DNA from: a virus
Lineage: Duplodnaviria > Caudoviricetes
Strand: one strand, 5' to 3'
DNA length: 64,000 nt
IMG/VR virus record: IMGVR_UViG_3300012232_000003
Location: 788 to 64,787 of that record
The position numbers were made by a program, and so were the translations under genes. Shown one piece after another: positions 52,755 to 61,251 of this stretch. The notes beneath the pieces are model-generated. The model made no database searches, was not told where the DNA came from, and saw only the letters and a list, made by a program, of their open reading frames with translations. How positions within the stretch are numbered: position 1 is the stretch's first letter; each line of letters opens with the position of its first letter.

Positions 52755-53860
52755 TTGTAATGCTTCTGGATCCAGTGACGATCCCTCGAGTACCTGGTGT
52801 CCCATGGCTTTCTCTGTCCATGGAAGATGACCAAGCGCGAGTTGTTGGGCAGTCCCATGAAGTGTCTGATCTCTCGTGGGTAACTGAACACTCCGTCGTG
52901 TCTGCCCCAACCAGGTTCACGCGCCTTCAGGCAATAGCTCAACCAACCCTGATCGGATCCCTGGTACCCAGCCTGCTTTGCCAACAGTGGTGACTTGACA
53001 GGATCGAACGTGCTCCAGATCCAATCATACAGTCCGGCCGTAAAGAGCACCATCGACCCGTTGTATACCTCAGCCACGTGTACCCCTGGCACCTTCCAAC
53101 CCACGAACGGATCGGGTCGATCAAAGATTGCAGACACGTCGCCCACGAGCACCACGTCCAGGTCGATCGACAAGATCCTATCGGCCTTGAGCTCTTGGCC
53201 CATCTCCTTGCTGAAGATTTTCAAACGGCGATAGCACGACGGAAGGTGTTTACCAGAAACGTTTGGAACGTTGGCGTGATCATTCCACAGTGGATATGTC
53301 TCGCACTCGGTGATGCCCTTAGGATCATCTGTGATGCACACCAATCTATGTGGGTTTTTGTAGTGACGCTTGATCATCTTCGCCAGCGTGTTCACATGCT
53401 GTGAACTAAATTGAACCTTGTAATTATCTGAGGTCCACTTCCAGCATACAATCGTGAGCGGAGCACGAGGCGCTTCTGCTACTGTCACCCGCTCTGCCTT
53501 ATGAGCTTCCCAGTGATCAAGCTCATTGTCGGGAATGATCTGTGGGATTGGCAACTTCTCAGGCATCGGACCGTTGTCGAGCGCTGTCATCACTTCATCG
53601 CGAGATCGAGTGGAGATGAGACTATCCTCATCAATGATCAACGTCCGTGCTAGGTCCATGAGCTTCTTGTGAAGCTCACGATCTTTCTTGCGTACTTGAC
53701 TGAAGATAAGCGGCACCTCATTCCAAGCAAACCCACCACGCTCAGAGATCTTTGCGATCGTAGCATCTTCTCCGTGCAGGCGCACGTAGGCTGCGTGGAT
53801 AACTTCCGCAAGCTGATACGGGATCGGCGGACCATCCTGCATCGGGAATACGCGGATCAC
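52751..53860 (-). CDS. GT-A glycosyltransferase (GT8-like motifs) with extra N-terminal domain
   Basis: IVCWKW, VCITDD, RLKIFS, SIDLDVV (DxD), YNGSMV, GSDQGW and FHGQRKPW. Confidence 0.8.
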   Translation of the reverse strand: MIRVFPMQDGPPIPYQLAEVIHAAYVRLHGEDATIAKISERGGFAWNEVPLIFSQVRKKDRELHKKLMDLARTLIIDEDSLISTRSRDEVMTALDNGPMPEKLPIPQIIPDNELDHWEAHKAERVTVAEAPRAPLTIVCWKWTSDNYKVQFSSQHVNTLAKMIKRHYKNPHRLVCITDDPKGITECETYPLWNDHANVPNVSGKHLPSCYRRLKIFSKEMGQELKADRILSIDLDVVLVGDVSAIFDRPDPFVGWKVPGVHVAEVYNGSMVLFTAGLYDWIWSTFDPVKSPLLAKQAGYQGSDQGWLSYCLKAREPGWGRHDGVFSYPREIRHFMGLPNNSRLVIFHGQRKPWDTRYSRDRHWIQKHYK

Positions 53861-53994
53861 GTCATGTTCCTTTCCAGCTCAGCTACTCGTTTCTCGAGCT
53901 TGGCGATACGACTTTGGCTTATGAGGAAGAGACCGATGACACACGCTGCGAGTATCAACGGATATAGGCGTAGGAACTCTTCCTCCCAGCTCAT
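53857..53994 (-). CDS. Small membrane peptide (45 aa)
   Basis: Manual translation ...YPLILAACVIGLFLISQSRIAKLEKRVAELE; coupled on both sides. Confidence 0.5.
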   Translation of the reverse strand: MSWEEEFLRLYPLILAACVIGLFLISQSRIAKLEKRVAELERNMT

Positions 53995-54722
53995 GGCAAA
54001 CTCAACACCATGTGGTGTGGGAAGCGAAACATCTGCGGTGGCTGCTTTCCACGAGCATCACGTATGGCACGGATCGCCTGCGCATCAGCAGGACTCTTGC
54101 GACCGAACTCACGCGGGCATGATGCATCAGCTGTGTGTTCACGACCCACCCTAATGAGTGGGAACCCTACCTGCTCGACAAACTCGGCAGTCCTCACACA
54201 TCGGTCGCGGAAATCCCAGTCGGTACCGTACAGTCCCGCGAACCTTTCGTCATAGCCACCGACCTTGAAGTACATGTCCTTGGTCATGAACCACGAGTTG
54301 GGATGCGGCTTGTACGGCTCAAAGGTTTCATCATCGAGCCTCGAGAACTTATAGATCGAGCTCTCATTCAAGTGCCGATCCATCATCATCCCGAGTGTAC
54401 CCTCCGGTATCAAATGATCCATGTCGGTGAGCAACAGCCACTTATGACGAGCCTCTTTCGCGCCCAGGTTGCGGCACGCGTCCTGGTTCCAACGGATGTC
54501 TACACCCATGCGATGGATCTGCAGCTTGTAATCGATCGGAATTAGATCAGTACCCGCAGGATGTTTTGGCGAGCCATCATCCACGATGACGTATTCAAGA
54601 TGCTCCTTTATCGCAGCACGCATTTTTGCAAAATTGGCCAGCTGACGCTGCAGCATGTTCGGGTTCTCGTAGTATGCCATCACGACAGTCACGTCACGCA
54701 TTTTGAAACTCCCTGAACTCAT
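53991..54722 (-). CDS. GT-A glycosyltransferase (GT2/GT7C-like)
   Basis: IVDDGS, NQDACRNLG, LTDMDH (DxD) and VGGYDERFAGLYGTDWDF. Confidence 0.85.
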   Translation of the reverse strand: MSSGSFKMRDVTVVMAYYENPNMLQRQLANFAKMRAAIKEHLEYVIVDDGSPKHPAGTDLIPIDYKLQIHRMGVDIRWNQDACRNLGAKEARHKWLLLTDMDHLIPEGTLGMMMDRHLNESSIYKFSRLDDETFEPYKPHPNSWFMTKDMYFKVGGYDERFAGLYGTDWDFRDRCVRTAEFVEQVGFPLIRVGREHTADASCPREFGRKSPADAQAIRAIRDARGKQPPQMFRFPHHMVLSLP

Positions 54723-55329
54723 CTGTCGTGGTCATGGGCACCGACTTTGACCACTTGTAGTCGGTAACCACTGTCACATGGGTACCGCGTGCCCGGAGCT
54801 GTTGAACCATATGCTCTAGCAACTTGGCCCAATTCTCGTAATGTCCGTCCTTAGTCGCGCCGGTAGGGTTCCAAGGGTAAGGTGGGTACCAGTAAACGTC
54901 CTTGCCCTTCCGACTCATGTCGAGGCCGAATACCCAAACGTGATCCGGTTTCAAATGATATGCGAGGTTCAGCCCGCACGCGCCACTGTTGTTCCCGTTC
55001 AATTCGGCGGGGTTCTCGCTAAACTTTCCGCTTTTCCCGTTGTCGTTTTCGAACGGTATAAGGTTTTTCCACAATTCACCGTCACCTTCCCAAACCTTCT
55101 TCAACGCTGACCGACGAACCCAGGTCGGCTTGTCGAGCTTCTTGATCTCAGTCCAACGATACTCAGTCCATAGTCGATCCATCGTGACCACATAGTCGCA
55201 ACGAGGTAGGTGGATCGCTGCGTCATTGATCGCCACGATCTTACCTGGTAGCTTTGTGAGGTCGACCTTCTTGACCGACCAACCACCACCCACCACGCTC
55301 ATATAGTTCGCAGTCATCGACGTCTCCAT
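54694..55329 (-). CDS. GT29/GT42/MAF-like sugar-nucleotide-dependent fold protein
   Basis: VVGGGWS, IVAIN, DYVVTMD and NSGACGLNLAYHL...VWVFGLDM. Confidence 0.65.
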   Translation of the reverse strand: METSMTANYMSVVGGGWSVKKVDLTKLPGKIVAINDAAIHLPRCDYVVTMDRLWTEYRWTEIKKLDKPTWVRRSALKKVWEGDGELWKNLIPFENDNGKSGKFSENPAELNGNNSGACGLNLAYHLKPDHVWVFGLDMSRKGKDVYWYPPYPWNPTGATKDGHYENWAKLLEHMVQQLRARGTHVTVVTDYKWSKSVPMTTTDEFREFQNA

Positions 55330-55994
55330 GCGAACCGATTGCTCTTGCGCTCTTGTTTGAGTACGATCATCGGCTTGAAGAACTCTTCAAGCTGATGAGT
55401 CCACTCACTCTTGCCAATGCGAAGGTCGACTATCAACACAGCATTCTTGCGTGTATGCTCTACGATGAAGTCGAGATAGGCTCGCGGCTCATAGTGAAAG
55501 CACCAGCTCTTCGTGCTGACAACCATATCAAACATAGGCCAGGGTTGCTGATCGAAGTTAGCCGCATCGATGTACCCAGCAACGACTGCATCGTTGAGCA
55601 ACCAGAAGCTGCGTGTTACCATTTCACTGTTGAAAGTCACATCATGTTTGAGCACAGGCTTCGCAGGATCTTCATGACCGTCGAGCAGCCACGCCGCCGT
55701 TCCACCACGCTCGCCAAGGTAGTGACGCCAGAGCAAGATCTCGAGACCACCCAAGCCAGATCCCACGCTGAGGAAGCTTTGACAAGTGCGAGGCAACACC
55801 ATCCGCATCGAACTGTAATCTTTGATCAGGTCGTAACGATAGGCTGCACCCCACGCAACCGAGTCCTGACCAAGGTCATGCAGTGCACCGCGCTGCAGCT
55901 TCAAATATTCAAGGTGCTCCGCCGTGAACCGAATGTCGGCGAACTCATCGAACTGTGAGAACCCACGTCTGATCATTTGTTCATCACCAGCCAA
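55314..55994 (-). CDS. Class I SAM-dependent methyltransferase
   Basis: FLSVGSGLGG, WLLDG and FDMVVSTKSWCFHY. Confidence 0.75.
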   Translation of the reverse strand: MAGDEQMIRRGFSQFDEFADIRFTAEHLEYLKLQRGALHDLGQDSVAWGAAYRYDLIKDYSSMRMVLPRTCQSFLSVGSGLGGLEILLWRHYLGERGGTAAWLLDGHEDPAKPVLKHDVTFNSEMVTRSFWLLNDAVVAGYIDAANFDQQPWPMFDMVVSTKSWCFHYEPRAYLDFIVEHTRKNAVLIVDLRIGKSEWTHQLEEFFKPMIVLKQERKSNRFAWRRR

Positions 55995-57280
55995 ACCAGC
56001 AGATGTTTCTTCTTGTCAGTAACCTCGTGGTGCTTGATGGCCCAGTTGGTCCACCCACCCAGCTTTTGCAACCACCAACCTGGGCTCTCGATGATGAGGT
56101 GTGCGTTCCTACCATCGGTTAGTATCTCACCTGCCGCCGAACAGGTGATGGTAAGGAAGGCACCCTTCAACGCAAGTGAGTTGATGTGGCTCAACACGTT
56201 GGTCAGCTTAGCCGGTTCGATGTGCTCGAGCACCTCCGTGCACACGATCAGGTCACACGGCTTGGGCATCTGCTCCATGCCAGGCAGGCCTGGGTCATAG
56301 TTCATCACTCGCTTGGGTGGGTTGAGCTTTTTGAGCTGGATCTGAAGCGTCCTCGCGCCACACCCATAGTCAAGCAGCGTGTTCCCACCGATCTCCTCAT
56401 AGAACTTCAGGATCTGTGGTATGAACCGCCAGGCGGAGCTTCCCCAGGGACGCTTCCCATCCTTGTACTTCTCGTGGGTCGCCTTGAGAACCTCACGATA
56501 CTCAGGCGTGGATAGATCGTCAACAGCATGCTTGAACGCACCCGCGCTCTTGATGAACATGCCCACGTGACCAAGATCGAGCGCCCACACGCCCTTACTC
56601 GCAAGACGATAGGCCAGGCATGTTGCCGTCGGACCCAGGCACAGAATGACTGGATGGGCGGGCTGGCCGATCTTTTCCATAAGCTCGTCGATGCCCATGT
56701 AGGCATTGGTGCGTTTTCCCTCTATAGGATGCACGATCTTCGCGCCGTCAGCCAACAGCCATTCCGGTTGCAGGCTCTTCGAGCTCGCACCACCATAGAC
56801 GAGCGTCACCTCCTTGTTGCGCCACAGCCCGTGCATCGTCTCCCAGAACCAAGGGGTATCGATCCATGGTGCCGAGTCGGGGCGTGTGATGAAGCTCGAC
56901 GCATACTTGGGCTGCAGAAAATACTTGACGATGTGGGTAGTCGCGTATTTGAGCCATGAGGTCTTCCTTGGAGTGTGACTGAACACATTGGGAATACCCA
57001 CGAGACACTCACTCGGCTCTGCTAAGATGCGCACGAACTCTGCCCTCATCTCAGGCGTCGTCTCGCGCTGTGAGATGCCCGATCCACCCATCGCGAGGTT
57101 CATCTCACCATCGCCGAACCGGGCGATCGACCGACCCTTGGATATCAACTCAAGCGTCACCTCCTCGCTCATCACTTCGGGATACGCACCGATGGTAGCC
57201 TTACCTGATGGCGTGCCAGGCTGCGGACCGTAACGCTTCTGCTGTTTGTTGGTCTCGTGACGGATCACTTTGGTTTCCAT
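55973..57280 (-). CDS. GT-D fold (DUF1792-like) glycosyltransferase fused to SAM methyltransferase
   Basis: N-terminal SIARFGDGE, SSFITRP, LCLGPTATCLA and ALDLGH; C-terminal LLDYGCG and DLIVCTEVLEHIEP. Confidence 0.82.
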   Translation of the reverse strand: METKVIRHETNKQQKRYGPQPGTPSGKATIGAYPEVMSEEVTLELISKGRSIARFGDGEMNLAMGGSGISQRETTPEMRAEFVRILAEPSECLVGIPNVFSHTPRKTSWLKYATTHIVKYFLQPKYASSFITRPDSAPWIDTPWFWETMHGLWRNKEVTLVYGGASSKSLQPEWLLADGAKIVHPIEGKRTNAYMGIDELMEKIGQPAHPVILCLGPTATCLAYRLASKGVWALDLGHVGMFIKSAGAFKHAVDDLSTPEYREVLKATHEKYKDGKRPWGSSAWRFIPQILKFYEEIGGNTLLDYGCGARTLQIQLKKLNPPKRVMNYDPGLPGMEQMPKPCDLIVCTEVLEHIEPAKLTNVLSHINSLALKGAFLTITCSAAGEILTDGRNAHLIIESPGWWLQKLGGWTNWAIKHHEVTDKKKHLLVWLVMNK

Positions 57281-57888
57281 ATGTTGTCCGGTCCGCAGTT
57301 ACCTACGATCTCATACTCCGCTTCCTCCATGAAGCGAACCGATCGTTGATACAGCGTTTGATCATTGCCCTTGTTGCGTGTTCCGTCCTCAAGCAAGATG
57401 ATGGGTTTGCAACGACCAATCGTCCTGCGTGCACCCAGCAGAGCGTAATGCTCTGATCCATCCACGTCAAGAGCGATCAGGTCACAGGCAGCGAGGTTCA
57501 TGTTATCGACGAGGAAGGTCGGGCACGGACCTTCCTCATCACTCACACGCCTGTGACCTGACTTGATGGTACCCTCCCGATGATAGAGGGCACCACGCAT
57601 TGCAAAGATCCTCGGGTTATCGCAATTGAGCACGAGACATTTGAACTTACCCTGCTCGATCTCGAACGTGTACACCGTCTCGAAGTGCTCGGCCAGCCAC
57701 TTCGGGTAGGCACCCATGTGCCCGCCAGCCTGCACGACCACACGGTTCTTGGCACACCACGGAAGCACGAACCGCAGGGCCTCAGCGTGTCGGCGATAGT
57801 ATGTACCGAACTTTTGACCCTCGGGCACCCACCAGCCGTCGTCCTGGTACATACCCGAGATGATGACACGAGCGATAGGATCGGTCAT
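57265..57888 (-). CDS. FkbM-like methyltransferase
   Basis: VVQAGGHMG, VYTFE, IALDVDGSE and KPIILLE. Confidence 0.8.
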   Translation of the reverse strand: MTDPIARVIISGMYQDDGWWVPEGQKFGTYYRRHAEALRFVLPWCAKNRVVVQAGGHMGAYPKWLAEHFETVYTFEIEQGKFKCLVLNCDNPRIFAMRGALYHREGTIKSGHRRVSDEEGPCPTFLVDNMNLAACDLIALDVDGSEHYALLGARRTIGRCKPIILLEDGTRNKGNDQTLYQRSVRFMEEAEYEIVGNCGPDNIWKPK

Positions 57889-58280
57889 TGCTGTGGTACA
57901 TCCTCAGGCACGAGGTAAGAGCCGTCGGCGTTGAGCTCGAACGGCGAGATGATCATCGGCGCCTCCGAGTAGACCAGCTTGAGCTCCTTGGTCTTCGGAT
58001 CCACGCAGCGCACCCAGGTCGCACGTGAAGGCTCGGCTGAGCCCTTGGCTGAGTGATATGGGATGCCGAAGCCCACCGCGTTGCACATCTTGGTCAACGA
58101 GCTGTCCACGTTGTACACATATGCGTGAGTGGGTATGTTGTCGCACGATGCCGAGATGACCTTCATGAAGTCACACTCGGCTTGGCGCTGAATAGCATCC
58201 TGCGCCTTCGAGTCATAGTGCATGAAGAGCAGGAACAAGAGTCCTACTACCGCGAAGCCTGTCCTTACTGCCTTGCCCAT
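57885..58280 (-). CDS. Hypothetical exported/membrane-anchored protein
   Basis: Hydrophobic N-terminus and four Cys residues. Confidence 0.6.
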   Translation of the reverse strand: MGKAVRTGFAVVGLLFLLFMHYDSKAQDAIQRQAECDFMKVISASCDNIPTHAYVYNVDSSLTKMCNAVGFGIPYHSAKGSAEPSRATWVRCVDPKTKELKLVYSEAPMIISPFELNADGSYLVPEDVPQQ

Positions 58281-58957
58281 ATCACATCCTTGTCGATCTG
58301 ATCCACCTGTCGATACCTCCATGCCTTGAGTAGGTTGGCTGTGGTCTCGTGACTATAGTCTTGACCATCAGCCGACATCTTTCCTGTACGTTCTGTCAAG
58401 ATGATGGGTGAATGCTTCTCGATGGTTTGACATGCACCGATCAATGCTGGTGTCTCATATCCCTCTACATCGAGACAGATGAGGTCACAGTGATTGAGCT
58501 TGAGGTCGTCGATCATGAGAGTAGGTGTTCCCCAAACCACACCAGTCGTCAACGCCATCGGCTCGCCATCGAGTTGAACTGTATGCAGGATACTCAAGCC
58601 TGCTTGACCACGACCCGACTCAGCTCCCATAAGAAACAATCGTTGCTCATGTTGACAGCCCAAGAACGAACGGAATGGATACACGTTCCATGAGTTCGCA
58701 TTCAACACGAGACATCTGAAGTTGTCCATGTCCGGCTCGAACGTATACACGTTCTCGAAAAGGTTAGCCAACTGGGTAGCCCACAACCCACAATGACCAC
58801 CTGCTTGTATTGCTACGCGTCGTCTCTCAGGTACGTGCTGGGCTACCTTCGAGACGTGACTGGCTGCGGTATTGATGTAGTGAGACTCATAGCCTGAGCA
58901 CCTGGAGTGCCAATAAAAACCTTCATGATAGTACGGCTGGTCTGTCGGCCGGATCAC
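58265..58957 (-). CDS. FkbM-like methyltransferase (paralogue)
   Basis: AIQAGGHCG, VYTFEPD, ICLDVEGYE and SPIILTE. Confidence 0.82.
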   Translation of the reverse strand: MIRPTDQPYYHEGFYWHSRCSGYESHYINTAASHVSKVAQHVPERRRVAIQAGGHCGLWATQLANLFENVYTFEPDMDNFRCLVLNANSWNVYPFRSFLGCQHEQRLFLMGAESGRGQAGLSILHTVQLDGEPMALTTGVVWGTPTLMIDDLKLNHCDLICLDVEGYETPALIGACQTIEKHSPIILTERTGKMSADGQDYSHETTANLLKAWRYRQVDQIDKDVIWARQ

Positions 58958-58996
58958 GACACATCCACATGTTGGTTTGACTTACGCCTCGCTGCT

Positions 58997-59548
58997 CTAG
59001 TTAGTATCCTGTGGCTCAGGGTCTTGCAAGGCTTCTTGCATTCGAGCCAGAAATCTGTCGTTCTGTACCTCGAAGTATCCTTTTGTTGAGCCGTGGGCCC
59101 CGTGCCGCTCAGCCCAGGCCACCTCGGTGAACTCGCCGCGTCTGTTTTTTCTGGTCACACGTGAAACACGTGGCTTGCGGTACATCGGTACTCGCTTCTT
59201 ATTCATTGTGGTGAGTTCATCGACCAAGAGTCGATACTCTTCTGTCTCCACATACTCTAGAAAATGATGAGCTAGGTTCCTCCAGAAGGTATCCTCACTC
59301 ATCAAGATACCAAACTGACGAACGCCGTAGAGCACCGTGGTGTGATCACGTTGGGTAGCCCGTTCGAGCTGCGCCCAGTTGAGTTGCCAAGCGTGACGAG
59401 CAACCCACATCACCATCTGACGACCACCGATCAGCTGCGGCTCGGACCGTGTGTAGCCCATCATCCGCTCGGGATCAGCGTTCAACTCACAGGCTACCCT
59501 CATAATGAGTGCTTGAATGTGGCTGTTGATGAGGTGTTGACTCTTCAC
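58997..59548 (-). CDS. Protein with DnaA C-terminal (domain IV)-like HTH
   Basis: RQMVMWVAR...RDHTTVLYGVRQ matches the DnaA domain IV signature RQxAMY...RDHTTVLHA. Confidence 0.75.
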   Translation of the reverse strand: MKSQHLINSHIQALIMRVACELNADPERMMGYTRSEPQLIGGRQMVMWVARHAWQLNWAQLERATQRDHTTVLYGVRQFGILMSEDTFWRNLAHHFLEYVETEEYRLLVDELTTMNKKRVPMYRKPRVSRVTRKNRRGEFTEVAWAERHGAHGSTKGYFEVQNDRFLARMQEALQDPEPQDTN

Positions 59549-60450
59549 CGTAAGACCTTTCCCTCGGGATCAGTGACCACCGGCAACCAAGCACATCGAC
59601 AATTAGGATGAACTGGTATGATACCGCTCGCCTCATCGATCGGATAGATCTTTCCCTCGAGCGCCTCGCATTCAGGGCACACTGAGTCGTCCTGCGCGGT
59701 AGCAAACTCCGCCTGGGTCTCTACACCCAGTACACCTGCCTCAGCATACGAGTTGAGTGTAGCCTCGGCAGCGGCGTCGATCACCTCAGTCCTAGCAAGA
59801 GCTCGAGCGCGTGTTATGCCGATGCTATCTACTCGATCGACGATGTCCCTCGCTAGCTGTCGTGCACCGACACCATCGACAAGACCACGAGCCAGCGTCC
59901 GACTGATCTGTGCATCCATCGTATCGGTGATGCCCGACAACGAGGTGTACGCGCGCGTGTAGATGAGACCCACACGATCGGCATGCAGTGGTCGGAAGAA
60001 CGCCTGCTCGAGCCACGAGTCCTCGACCTTTACGCCTTGACTCTTGAGACGTTGCGCCGCCTTCTGCATCGACTTCGAATAGGCTGCCTTGATGTACTTG
60101 TTCTGCCAGGACTTATTGGCAGCAGATCTGATGGGCGTACCGAGCTGCACACCGAGGATATCTTTGCTCTCAGCGTCAGCAAGCCAATCCATAAAAGCTT
60201 GTACCTTAGCGTCGGATCTTGGAAATGCAAACTCACGGCGTCCAGGTCGTCGCGCGGAAACTCGTATTGTGGCTGCTGGTGCGTTTGCGATGATACCGAA
60301 CACGTCATCTATGACAATGGCTTGGATGATGGCCTTGCGGATCTCACGAAACCGCCTTTTCATCTCCGCCTCGTAGCTCCGGCGGATGCTCGTGGTCTGC
60401 GTCGGGTCGAACTTGCTCGCGTGTACCAGCAGGTGCATTTGGGTTGACAT
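59545..60450 (-). CDS. Minor head protein (SPP1 gp7/Mu F-like)
   Basis: RARALARTEV, VCPECEALEG and IPVHPNCRC. Confidence 0.88.
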   Translation of the reverse strand: MSTQMHLLVHASKFDPTQTTSIRRSYEAEMKRRFREIRKAIIQAIVIDDVFGIIANAPAATIRVSARRPGRREFAFPRSDAKVQAFMDWLADAESKDILGVQLGTPIRSAANKSWQNKYIKAAYSKSMQKAAQRLKSQGVKVEDSWLEQAFFRPLHADRVGLIYTRAYTSLSGITDTMDAQISRTLARGLVDGVGARQLARDIVDRVDSIGITRARALARTEVIDAAAEATLNSYAEAGVLGVETQAEFATAQDDSVCPECEALEGKIYPIDEASGIIPVHPNCRCAWLPVVTDPEGKVLR

Positions 60451-60700
60451 GGAAGCTCACGTTTCCTGACGCATACTTCGCAAACTGAGCACGGACCGCC
60501 CGCAGTTCATCGGAGAGCAAAAGAAGCTTGGCTTCAGCTTCACTTGCTCTTGCCTCAGCACACTCAAGCTCGGTGCGTACATCACGCTGATCCTGCCAAA
60601 CCTCCGTCAGCCACTTCTTCGCAGCCAACACGCGTGGATCCCGCACGTTTGCATGGACACGTATGAGTTCAACGAGAAGCTTATATTCGCGATCGGCCAA
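60344..60700 (-). CDS. Hypothetical coiled-coil protein
   Basis: A 118-aa ORF overlapping the Mu F gene start; start uncertain. Confidence 0.4.
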   Translation of the reverse strand: MADREYKLLVELIRVHANVRDPRVLAAKKWLTEVWQDQRDVRTELECAEARASEAEAKLLLLSDELRAVRAQFAKYASGNVSFHVNPNAPAGTREQVRPDADHEHPPELRGGDEKAVS

Positions 60701-60863
60701 GGCTCTTGATCCTCGTATTCAACGCTTGCCAATAGTCCCTCGAGACCACTGTGTACTGTGTAGGTTGATCACCCACCTTCAGTGAGATGACTACATTGTC
60801 CTCAGCGGGATCACCCTTGACCAGGTCAAGTAGTTGCTGCTCAGTGAGCTTCTTCTCACTCAT
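60681..60863 (-). CDS. Hypothetical protein
   Basis: A 60-aa ORF with an AGGTGG RBS. Confidence 0.5.
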   Translation of the reverse strand: MSEKKLTEQQLLDLVKGDPAEDNVVISLKVGDQPTQYTVVSRDYWQALNTRIKSLGRSRI

Positions 60864-61251
60864 GAACACCACCTGCTCCACCTCGACCCACAATCATGTC
60901 AGGTCTGGTCAGGTGGTATCCGTTGCGCCTTGTTGCACGGTGCAAAATCTTGCTCTTGCGCAACTCCTCCGCAACCGCTGCTGCTGTTGCTGCTGCTGTG
61001 TCTTTGATGCCCTTCTCCATCGCATCAAGACGCAGTGCCTGGGCTGTGATCACCTCGAGCGCGTCTGATAGCTTCTGATCAACAGTTGAGATAGTATCCA
61101 ACCGGGTTAGTCGTACCGTCAACTCTCTGATGTCGGCACGCACCCGCCACATCGCATAGTAGAAGACCCCAATCGCCAAGAGCATCGTCATGACTCCGGT
61201 CAAGGGCACCTGACCGAGATCCACAGTCGGGTTCAACCAGTCCCAATTCAT
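60856..61251 (-). CDS. Membrane-anchored coiled-coil protein
   Basis: TM segment followed by a heptad region; ATGA overlap with the portal stop. Confidence 0.6.
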   Translation of the reverse strand: MNWDWLNPTVDLGQVPLTGVMTMLLAIGVFYYAMWRVRADIRELTVRLTRLDTISTVDQKLSDALEVITAQALRLDAMEKGIKDTAAATAAAVAEELRKSKILHRATRRNGYHLTRPDMIVGRGGAGGVHE

